Source: an uncultured virus (IMG/VR IMGVR_UViG_3300011912_000001)
Lineage: Duplodnaviria; Heunggongvirae; Uroviricota; Caudoviricetes
IMG/VR virus record: IMGVR_UViG_3300011912_000001
Strand: one strand, 5' to 3'
DNA: 64,000 nt
Notes under the pieces: model-generated
The model's database searches: none
Told to the model about the DNA's origin: nothing
The model's input: the letters and a program-made list of their open reading frames with translations, nothing else
Made by a program: the position numbers and the translations under genes
In this document: piece after piece, positions 18,262 to 25,329 of the stretch
Layout: each line of letters begins with the position of its first letter
Position numbering within the stretch: the first letter of the stretch is position 1

Positions 18262-18621
18262 TTAGAATTGGGAGGAAGCGCGTATGACCGCACCCAATTC
18301 TTTGAAGACTTCTTCGAGTTCATCAGGTGTCCAATCAACATGTAAGAAGATAGAACCGGTATGGTTGTCAAGGATGACATGGGCTTTGTAGTCGAACTTA
18401 CGGAGTTCCAGCGCAACCGCCTCTAAGTTTCCTAAGCTTGCGAAGAAGTTGTTGTCAAAAGGCAAATCGCTGATAGGAACTTTCACATAGGTCATCCCTT
18501 TATTGGCTTCTGTTTCAATTAAGCCGGCAAGAGCCGTGACGATTCTTTTGGTAGCAATTTGTTTGGCACGTCGTTTCGTAGCTTCCTGTGTGATGGTGTA
18601 CATTTCCTGTGCGTTTTTCAT
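18262..18621 (-). CDS. hypothetical, family C
   Basis: MKNAQEM, EANKG, FDYKA, LHVDW. Confidence 0.7.
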   Translation of the reverse strand: MKNAQEMYTITQEATKRRAKQIATKRIVTALAGLIETEANKGMTYVKVPISDLPFDNNFFASLGNLEAVALELRKFDYKAHVILDNHTGSIFLHVDWTPDELEEVFKELGAVIRASSQF

Positions 18622-18661
18622 GAGTATCTCCTCCTTTGGGTATGTAAGAGCCAGAAGGCTC

Positions 18662-18967
18662 TTATTGGAACTGGGCTTCGTATTCCTCCTGTAGCGCATT
18701 GACCTTGATAGGGTCGAGCGGAAGAATCTCTGGAAGCAACGGCGTATGACTATAGTCAATCGTGTACGCCAATTGCATTTCCAAGATACGAGCTTTGGCG
18801 ACAGCCGAATACAACCGCTGTTCACTGTTCATACGAATGAAGTCTTGATTCTTCGCAATGAGGTCATTGACAAGACCGTTGACGACAGAGGCTAACCCGA
18901 CAGTGATGTCATCGAACTTCTTTGTGTTGTTGAGGATGTGCTGATACGCGTAGATTTGTTCTTCCAT
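18662..18967 (-). CDS. hypothetical protein
   Basis: ORF with RBS. Confidence 0.7.
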   Translation of the reverse strand: MEEQIYAYQHILNNTKKFDDITVGLASVVNGLVNDLIAKNQDFIRMNSEQRLYSAVAKARILEMQLAYTIDYSHTPLLPEILPLDPIKVNALQEEYEAQFQ

Positions 18968-19011
18968 GGATAATCTTCCTTTCTATAAGGTGAATGGCTA
19001 CAGGCACTGAG

Positions 19012-19041
19012 AATCATTAAGAGGAGGGCGTAGCCCCCCGC
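19012..19041 (-). promoter_or_regulatory. hairpin promoter-like element
   Basis: AATCA-N9-GGGC-GTA-GCCC-CCCGC. Confidence 0.65.
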
Positions 19042-19051
19042 CCTTTATCTT

Positions 19052-19255
19052 TTAAAAGAATAGATTAAGGAATAGAATGCCGAAGAATAAAACGAATTGA
19101 AGTAAGAGATTGAATCGCTGGACCTTCAAGTTCCCTTTAAGTTGTTGGCTGGTCCCATGCTCTTGAATGAGCCGAAGGGCTTTGCGGTAATTGTGTATGC
19201 TTACAATGAGGCATACGAACAACACTACTAAACAAATGATGGTGAAAGTAGACAT
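19052..19255 (-). CDS. small two-TM membrane protein
   Basis: hydrophobic ends; AAGGAGG RBS. Confidence 0.65.
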   Translation of the reverse strand: MSTFTIICLVVLFVCLIVSIHNYRKALRLIQEHGTSQQLKGNLKVQRFNLLLQFVLFFGILFLNLFF

Positions 19256-19256
19256 T

Positions 19257-19302
19257 GGATGTGTCCTCCTTTTGGATGTGTGTTCTCACTGGAGATGTGT
19301 GT
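19257..19302. promoter_or_regulatory. three GGATGTGT boxes (17/19-bp spacing)
   Basis: boxes at 19257, 19274 and 19293. Confidence 0.55.
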
Positions 19303-19306
19303 CCAT

Positions 19307-19331
19307 AAAAAAAGAGAGCCCGAAGGCCCTC
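19307..19331 (-). terminator. intrinsic terminator, cUUCGg loop
   Basis: GAGGGCC-UUCG-GGCUCUC-U7. Confidence 0.85.
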
Positions 19332-19617
19332 AATATTGTTTGAACTTAGCGTGCGTAATCATCATGTTGATGTCTTTACCTTCATGCTCATAATGAACAT
19401 CAAACCCATAAGGAATCTTATAGAAGACCTTTTCTTCTGGGTCGACAGAGACTTCGTAAAGACGCTGACCTTCGTTGTTGAAGGTAACGAGACGAATCGC
19501 GGTGATGCCCTCGTAACGGACACCATCAGCGTAGATAGCAGAGTATTCGCGCGTCTCCGTCGTATCTTCATGTGGAAGTGGTTTGATAGTAGTAGTTGGT
19601 TGGATGACAGGGTTCAT
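19330..19617 (-). CDS. hypothetical protein
   Basis: GAGGAGG RBS before MNPVI. Confidence 0.65.
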   Translation of the reverse strand: MNPVIQPTTTIKPLPHEDTTETREYSAIYADGVRYEGITAIRLVTFNNEGQRLYEVSVDPEEKVFYKIPYGFDVHYEHEGKDINMMITHAKFKQY

Positions 19618-19889
19618 GCTATTGCCTCCTCTAGGATATGGAATGTGACAATACGTTTTGATGGAATGCATGTTTCATTATATTTAACGACAGCTTCATC
19701 GAGAGGCGTGTGCCGTGTATCGACATTCCCCGCAATCGATTGCTGGCTTAAGACTTTCTTCTCAAAGTCAAAAGCGTTGATGCACGAGATATTGTTATTA
19801 ACGAATACCCCGCGCTGACCATTTTCTAACATAACTTCGACGAGCGGACGTTCTACCATTTTAGAAGAATGCGTGTCATAGAATAACAT
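19614..19889 (-). CDS. hypothetical protein
   Basis: translationally coupled on both sides. Confidence 0.6.
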   Translation of the reverse strand: MLFYDTHSSKMVERPLVEVMLENGQRGVFVNNNISCINAFDFEKKVLSQQSIAGNVDTRHTPLDEAVVKYNETCIPSKRIVTFHILEEAIA

Positions 19890-20074
19890 TAGATAGCCCC
19901 CAATTGTTTAAGAGTTTTTTTGAAACCAGCTTGACGTGCTTCGTACTGTTTCGTGAGCTCATCAATCTGAGCGTCGGTCTTCCGTTTTTCTTGGACAATC
20001 GAGTAAGCGGCGACATACATCGCAAACGTATAGAGAATAGCACCTTTAAGTAATAATTTACCAACTTTTTTCAT
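19889..20074 (-). CDS. small membrane-anchored protein
   Basis: one TM helix followed by a coiled coil. Confidence 0.6.
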   Translation of the reverse strand: MKKVGKLLLKGAILYTFAMYVAAYSIVQEKRKTDAQIDELTKQYEARQAGFKKTLKQLGAI

Positions 20075-20088
20075 AATGAATCGCTCCC

Positions 20089-20268
20089 TTAGAATAATGT
20101 ATTTAAAACGAAGATAAGACCGCCGACACCGACGAAGAAACTAGAGAAGGCTAACTTGAAACAATCGCGAAGCAGAAGGTACCGCGCAATATACGCGATA
20201 CCGACGACGTACGCACAAAACACGAGATACATGGATGCCATCATGAAGAAAAGCAATTGGTCGTTCAT
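20089..20268 (-). CDS. small two-TM membrane protein
   Basis: hydrophobic; RBS GAGGAGG. Confidence 0.6.
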   Translation of the reverse strand: MNDQLLFFMMASMYLVFCAYVVGIAYIARYLLLRDCFKLAFSSFFVGVGGLIFVLNTLF

Positions 20269-20591
20269 TTGCTTTCCTCCTCTAGGCGCCACGCTTGAGC
20301 ATATTTCTGATACTCACGAGCAACGTCTTCCCGTTTGCATGTTGCAAGTTCAACCGTATGCCAAAACTGTTTTCCTTGATAAGCCAACTTCACATCTTGC
20401 GTGATGACAGCCATATCCGTGTTCATCGTCATTTTCGGGCATAACCGTTTGATGACATGACAGCGGTGAGGCTTATCCGCTGAAGGTGGGGATTCGATGA
20501 ATTCCCCAGTTGCCGGGTTAACATTGGATGTGTATTTCCCCCGACGGAAGAATTTGTCCATTTCGACTTCCCGTTCAATTTGTTCATACAT
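20265..20591 (-). CDS. hypothetical protein
   Basis: AAGGAG RBS. Confidence 0.65.
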   Translation of the reverse strand: MYEQIEREVEMDKFFRRGKYTSNVNPATGEFIESPPSADKPHRCHVIKRLCPKMTMNTDMAVITQDVKLAYQGKQFWHTVELATCKREDVAREYQKYAQAWRLEEESK

Positions 20592-20620
20592 GTGAATCGC
20601 TCCTTTTCATATAAAGTTGT

Positions 20621-20651
20621 AATCAAAGAAAGGAGGGCTGTAGCCCCCCGC
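20621..20651 (-). promoter_or_regulatory. hairpin promoter-like element (TGTA loop)
   Basis: AATCA-N9-GGGC-TGTA-GCCC-CCCGC. Confidence 0.65.
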
Positions 20652-20653
20652 TT

Positions 20654-20836
20654 TTAATCTTGTTGATGCAGTTGTTCGAACCGAAGCGCTTGCTCCGCTT
20701 GTGCCTGTGTTTTATAGTAGCCGGACTGACGGTCATAGGGAACATCGAAGACCATGCCATCGACTTCATCTTCGCATGTCCGTCCAAGGTAATAACCAGC
20801 ATTAGAATGTAAAACTTGTAGTTCAGAAATGTTCAT
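20654..20836 (-). CDS. small conserved-looking protein (SNAGYYLG ... SGYY)
   Basis: 60 aa; RBS AAGGGGAG. Confidence 0.65.
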   Translation of the reverse strand: MNISELQVLHSNAGYYLGRTCEDEVDGMVFDVPYDRQSGYYKTQAQAEQALRFEQLHQQD

Positions 20837-20862
20837 GTAAATCTCCCCTTTGCATAGATTAG

Positions 20863-20893
20863 AATCAAGAGCAGAAGGCCGTATGGCCCCCGC
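20863..20893 (-). promoter_or_regulatory. hairpin promoter-like element (compensatory GGCC/GGCC stem)
   Basis: AATCA-N9-GGCC-GTAT-GGCC-CCCGC. Confidence 0.65.
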
Positions 20894-20906
20894 CCTTCAT
20901 CATAAA

Positions 20907-20968
20907 GGATATGTATAGCAATTGGATATGTATAGCCGAAGGATGTGTGTGGCTACTGGGGATGTGTT
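20907..20968. promoter_or_regulatory. four GGATRTGT boxes (17/17/19-bp spacing)
   Basis: boxes at 20907, 20924, 20941 and 20960. Confidence 0.6.
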
Positions 20969-20975
20969 CGGGATT

Positions 20976-21000
20976 AAAAAAAAAGGAGCCCGAAGGCCCC
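20976..21000 (-). terminator. intrinsic terminator, cUUCGg loop
   Basis: GGGGCC-UUCG-GGCUCC-U9. Confidence 0.85.
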
Positions 21001-21001
21001 A

Positions 21002-21280
21002 TTAACGCCAAGAACCAACAGGATTACCATGGTAAACGTCCCATGCGTCCATATAGGATTCATCGTATTCATCATGTGTACCGACCATGGATTCAACAGC
21101 AGTAATTGCCCATGTTCCCATTGCCCCAAAATGAGGATACCCGGGAACAAGTAATTCAGATTTATAAGACAGAAGAGCAGGATGTTGATTAGTTAAAGCA
21201 TTTGCCCGGTGGGCATCAACCAGTGTATTAATAGATAGAGCCAAGCGATGTAAACCATCAGAATAATCATATTGTAACAT
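21002..21280 (-). CDS. hypothetical protein
   Basis: likely start MLQYD, downstream of the hairpin element at 21311. Confidence 0.55.
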   Translation of the reverse strand: MLQYDYSDGLHRLALSINTLVDAHRANALTNQHPALLSYKSELLVPGYPHFGAMGTWAITAVESMVGTHDEYDESYMDAWDVYHGNPVGSWR

Positions 21281-21310
21281 TTGAACCATTCCCTTCAGTA
21301 TGAGATTATC

Positions 21311-21341
21311 AATCATATGTAGAAGGGCGGTAGCCCCCCGT
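21311..21341 (-). promoter_or_regulatory. hairpin promoter-like element (GGTA loop)
   Basis: AATCA-N9-GGGC-GGTA-GCCC-CCCG. Confidence 0.65.
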
Positions 21342-21387
21342 TTTAACATTAAATATTTACTATGTGCCGGAGGGTGAGTAAGCCCCC

Positions 21388-21419
21388 GGTCACACAATAT
21401 CCACTGGCGTAGCCCCCGC
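21388..21419 (-). promoter_or_regulatory. degenerate hairpin element
   Basis: GGC-GTA-GCC-CCCGC; AATCA absent. Confidence 0.35.
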
Positions 21420-21687
21420 ACTCCTGCGCGAGACTACACCTAAATCCCTCCTACCCGGTGGAACGGGGGAGACCTAACAATTAAGGGTAAAGCTTATGCC
21501 TCCATCAACTCCCCTGTTAGGAAGAGAGTTGATGTGTGTTGGAGGACTTGTGAACCCCTGACCGAACTCACCCCCAACACATAGGAGTGAGCACAGGAAG
21601 TCCGCCCTTTTGCTCTGAAGAAATCCAATGAGGAGTGGGCGGACTTCTATACCCGAAGGTACATCAGTTCGCATACCTCATTGAATC
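21420..21687 (-). ncRNA. putative structured ncRNA (~265 nt, at least 4 hairpins, 2 possible pseudoknots)
   Basis: UUCG hairpin 21649-21662; 11-bp stem 21597-21607/21637-21647; 9-bp stem 21503-21511/21526-21534; two 8-nt loop complementarities. Confidence 0.6.
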
Positions 21688-21714
21688 AACAAAAGAAGGG
21701 CGTATGCCCCCCGC
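21684..21714 (-). promoter_or_regulatory. hairpin promoter-like element (GTAT loop)
   Basis: AATCA-N9-GGGC-GTAT-GCCC-CCCGC. Confidence 0.65.
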
Positions 21715-21734
21715 CTTTTGCTTTTGAACTTGCC

Positions 21735-21977
21735 CTAAAAGAAGGGCAATCCATTGTCCTCTTTCGGAGGAACGAATGGTTTTTTCTTTAACCGCTCTTG
21801 CAAGCGGCGGTCGTCGGCTTCAAATGCCAACTGTACACGTTTCCGGGAAATGGCTCCCCGGTATTCCGCGTACATTCCGTTCAATTGGTGCAAGGACTTA
21901 CTTTCGTACCAGTGTAACGGGTACGGTAATACCAAACGCAATAAAGAAACAATAAACTCTCGTGACATCGTTGTCAC
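21735..21977 (-). CDS. small basic protein ending DNGLPFF
   Basis: AAAGGAG RBS; SSB-tail-like terminus. Confidence 0.6.
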   Translation of the reverse strand: MTTMSREFIVSLLRLVLPYPLHWYESKSLHQLNGMYAEYRGAISRKRVQLAFEADDRRLQERLKKKPFVPPKEDNGLPFF

Positions 21978-21993
21978 TCCTTTCTAGTTGTAG

Positions 21994-22023
21994 TACCTAA
22001 GCAAGATGGCCGTAGGCCCCCGC
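21994..22023 (-). promoter_or_regulatory. hairpin promoter-like element (GGCC-GTA-GGCC)
   Basis: compensatory stem; CCCGC flank; ACCTA in place of AATCA. Confidence 0.5.
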
Positions 22024-22090
22024 CTGTAAGGGTTTAAAACCCCTAGCCGAAGGCCCAATAGCCAACCGTATAGAAAAAGGGTGCCCACTC

Positions 22091-23179
22091 TTAATGAGTC
22101 GGCGCCCCTGTCACCGGTTTCCCTTCTGCCGCCTTCTTCACGTGCGTCGGGCGGTAATCATTGCCATCTCCCGGTTTCGAGAGACGTTGAAGCCCACCAC
22201 CGACTTCGACGGCAAGTGTCCATGGGCAGATTTGCACACACAGAGACTTGTCTTTGTACAGTGGTGTTGTCGCATCCTGCATCTTAAATGGAGAGATGCG
22301 AACATAGCCGTTGGTATCCTTCGCCACCGCACGACGGACAGCGAAAGCATTCCCCTCGACCATTACTACGCGCGTTGCAATCTTGCGTAGTTGTTGTTGC
22401 AACCGATAAGGAGAGTGAATCTTGAACGATTCCTCATACTCTTCGGTTTTGTACTTCTCGAAGTTATTCTTGCCATTAGAGAACAAGACCAACTTCATGT
22501 CTGGGAACTTAACGAGCACACTCTCCCAGATGAGGGGCATCAAGAACTCGATGCCATCTAGCTCTGCTACGTGTAACTCACGGACGCCAGCTTCCGCAAG
22601 TTTCAGAATGCCGGAGTACATGAAGACACGTAGCTTCTCCAAGTACTCTAATGATTGATGCTTATGACTCATTCGGGCACTGTTTAAAATGATACCCGGC
22701 TGAGCTGGACCAGCGATGAAGCCAGTCTGAGGATTCGGTGCCGTTTTCGGTGGCATGTTCTGCTTCACCTTATCGACAACACGAACCTCTTCTTTAATCT
22801 CCAACTTCAAAGGTTGCACCTCCTCTGGAGTTTCTGTTGCAGGTAAGTCTAGAACAAGCCCCTGCATGACTTGTTCCACTACTGGTAGAGCAGGTCGTGC
22901 AACTTCTTTCTTGACTTCCTTAATCTCCTCGTCAGGAGATGGGATTTCAAGAATCAGTGGTGCAACTTCTTCGGTCTCAGGTAATTCGAGAACCAAAGAA
23001 GCGACCTCTTTCTTCTCTGGTAAAATCGGTGTTGCAACAAACTCAGCAAACATTTCGTGTGCTTGCTGTAATTCTTGTTCTGCTAACGCAATGGCTTTTG
23101 CCATTTTGTTAACTTGTGCTTCGAAGTTGACTGCTGTTGCGTTGACTGCATAACGGTTGATTTTGTTTTGGATTTTCAT
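22091..23179 (-). CDS. protein with P/E/L-rich repeats and a divergent YspA/SLOG-like C-terminal domain
   Basis: repeated LVLELP/LILEIP/LVLDLP; LAEAGVRELHVAELDGIEF...KFPDMKLVLF. Confidence 0.6.
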   Translation of the reverse strand: MKIQNKINRYAVNATAVNFEAQVNKMAKAIALAEQELQQAHEMFAEFVATPILPEKKEVASLVLELPETEEVAPLILEIPSPDEEIKEVKKEVARPALPVVEQVMQGLVLDLPATETPEEVQPLKLEIKEEVRVVDKVKQNMPPKTAPNPQTGFIAGPAQPGIILNSARMSHKHQSLEYLEKLRVFMYSGILKLAEAGVRELHVAELDGIEFLMPLIWESVLVKFPDMKLVLFSNGKNNFEKYKTEEYEESFKIHSPYRLQQQLRKIATRVVMVEGNAFAVRRAVAKDTNGYVRISPFKMQDATTPLYKDKSLCVQICPWTLAVEVGGGLQRLSKPGDGNDYRPTHVKKAAEGKPVTGAPTH

Positions 23180-23230
23180 GATTAATTTCTCCTTTTTGTA
23201 TGTGGATTGAGTGACGGACAATGATAAAAC

Positions 23231-23255
23231 AAAAGACCCTCCGAAGAGGGCCTTC
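23231..23255 (-). terminator. intrinsic terminator, UUCG loop
   Basis: GGCCCUC-UUCG-GAGGGUC-UUUUGUUUU. Confidence 0.8.
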
Positions 23256-23260
23256 CTAAA

Positions 23261-25204
23261 TCAGATGACGAAGTTCGTGCCATCGTGACGCATACCGTCA
23301 AGCGATGACAATTCAACATCCGTCGTAAATGCAAGGTGATGCTGTCCACCTAGTACAATATAGACTTGCGTACCAAGTGGTGAGACTTTCATCTCAAACT
23401 CTTGAGTCAGCAATTGCTCCGGTGAATAGGTCTTGAGTGTTGCATCAATCACCGGTGTTGTTGCAAGAACAACAGGCTGTGGTGCCGCTTCTTCGACGTC
23501 TTCAGAAGCTGTGTCGAATAATGCATCAGCTTCTTCGGCAGGGAAAACAAACCCTTCGTCTGATGCATCGAAACCATCCCATACGTCTTGCTCTTCGACT
23601 GGAGCATCGACGACGTTTTCCTTGATGTCTTCCTCTGTAAAGACAGGTGGCTCCTCAACTGCCCGAATGTCGGACAGCTGAAGAGATAGACCTGCTTTTA
23701 CAGTGTTGTTGTAGGCTGTGACTTTCGCCACATACGAACGACCGGCTGGTAGCCACTTCATACGGTCTGCTCGTTTCTGAAGTGGGAAGAACCCACATTC
23801 AAGTTGAATCCCGACTTCGTCATTGACAGTCACAATTTCGATATCTTGATTCAAGATTCCACGTGCTGTGAGTTCAGCATGTGCTGTTGGAACCAATGCC
23901 ATGTTACCTAGCATTGGCTCGAACAAGAAATAGATTGGTTTGCTTGATGGGACGTAAACAGGAAGTTCTCCTTCTTCCCCCATCATTTTCAAAGCAAGGA
24001 CCAAGCCTTGTTCAAATGCATTCCAGAACACTGACAATCCTTCAAGACCGGACTTCTCGATGCTGTACTGCTGAACGTACATGAGCGTTGCCATCTTGAC
24101 GAGACCGTTCTCGATATCTTTCGTCCATTCATGCATCACAGAAGCGAGCTCTGTGTTCATGTCTTGGTTCAAGATAGCCAAGCGGTCTTTCTCAGCCATC
24201 GTCATGGCTTTACGCAACGCCGCGTTGCGCTTACCAGATGTTGTCATCTGGTTGTTCCAAACATCGTGTCCGATGCGAAGGCAATGCTTCTCCTTCAACT
24301 CTTGGAACGTGTAATTGCCCGTTGCTCGGTCTAACTTGAACTGGGCGTCGTTCGTTAAATTACGTTCTCCTAACATTTCTTTCGCACGTGGTTCAATCCC
24401 ACGCTTAAACGCACGGATTTGCTCCATTGCGTTATTCGAGTACGACAAGAGCGTGGCACCACGTTGTAGAAGCAACTCTTTCTCTGCCTCTGGAATTTCA
24501 AGGCGCTCTTCAAGCGCCATGAACTCTGTCAACATGTTCATGGAACGCTTAAAAGTTTGTCCAATTGCTTGAAGCTCACGGATGACGAATCCGCCGAACT
24601 CCGTGGACAACTGCACAGAAGAATGACGACGGACGACGCGTACGCCCGTTTCCATCTTCTGACCAGCAATGAATGCCGGTCGTAAGATGGGCATCTTCTC
24701 TGCTTTCACAGAGAGATGGAAGTCGACACGCTCCATTGTCTCTTGCCAGACGTTGCGATACGTCACACGTTCTTTCGGCTCGACTTCGAGCTGAGAAGTG
24801 CGGCGTACCTGTCCTTTGAAAATTTGGAACGTCACCTCGTCACGGTCTGTTTCCCATGACAAGATGTCGGAGTCGACGTCATTGTGCCACTCCATTTCCC
24901 CAGCTTCTACAAAAGTTTCAACAGCTTTGTAGAAGTCCTTCAAATCTTTTTCCGTTTGACCATGGATGAACTGCATAGTCGGACCAAACTTCGCGCGAAG
25001 TTCGGATAGAGCGACCAATACCAACTGACGTTGTGGCGAAACAACATCAGTATTTTGATACGTTGTTGCTTCCAGTGACGACACCGCCCATGCTTCTCCG
25101 TTTTCGAAGATGTTTTGTACTGCCTGTTGAGCTTCTTCGAGCGACCACACCTTATCAGCAGTGACATTAGTGTTAGTGTTGTTAGTGTTGTTAGTGTTAG
25201 ACAT
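23261..25204 (-). CDS. large hypothetical protein; candidate second (C-terminal) subunit of the RNA polymerase
   Basis: start moved to MSNTNN; adjacent to the RNAP gene; SVFWNAF motif; acidic tail. Confidence 0.6.
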   Translation of the reverse strand: MSNTNNTNNTNTNVTADKVWSLEEAQQAVQNIFENGEAWAVSSLEATTYQNTDVVSPQRQLVLVALSELRAKFGPTMQFIHGQTEKDLKDFYKAVETFVEAGEMEWHNDVDSDILSWETDRDEVTFQIFKGQVRRTSQLEVEPKERVTYRNVWQETMERVDFHLSVKAEKMPILRPAFIAGQKMETGVRVVRRHSSVQLSTEFGGFVIRELQAIGQTFKRSMNMLTEFMALEERLEIPEAEKELLLQRGATLLSYSNNAMEQIRAFKRGIEPRAKEMLGERNLTNDAQFKLDRATGNYTFQELKEKHCLRIGHDVWNNQMTTSGKRNAALRKAMTMAEKDRLAILNQDMNTELASVMHEWTKDIENGLVKMATLMYVQQYSIEKSGLEGLSVFWNAFEQGLVLALKMMGEEGELPVYVPSSKPIYFLFEPMLGNMALVPTAHAELTARGILNQDIEIVTVNDEVGIQLECGFFPLQKRADRMKWLPAGRSYVAKVTAYNNTVKAGLSLQLSDIRAVEEPPVFTEEDIKENVVDAPVEEQDVWDGFDASDEGFVFPAEEADALFDTASEDVEEAAPQPVVLATTPVIDATLKTYSPEQLLTQEFEMKVSPLGTQVYIVLGGQHHLAFTTDVELSSLDGMRHDGTNFVI

Positions 25205-25329
25205 GATTTTTCCCCTATTCTCCTGCATGTGCAGGGCCTCATACGGTATTTTCCGTCCTGTTGGCAGTAAATAATCAACAAAAAAAGAGGGCATCTCACC
25301 CCTCCACATTCGCTGTTACGATTTGATTC

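Noticed and set aside
21645..21670. Second hammerhead at CUGAUG-UACC-UUCG-GGUA-UAGAAG
   Set aside because: The core lacks CUGANGA and GAAA, and no stem I/III with a cleavage triplet is evident.
14891..22023. Hairpin repeats as a CRISPR array or integron attC sites
   Set aside because: Spacing is irregular, whole genes lie between copies, and there are no cas or integrase genes and no RYYYAAC/GTTRRRY ends.
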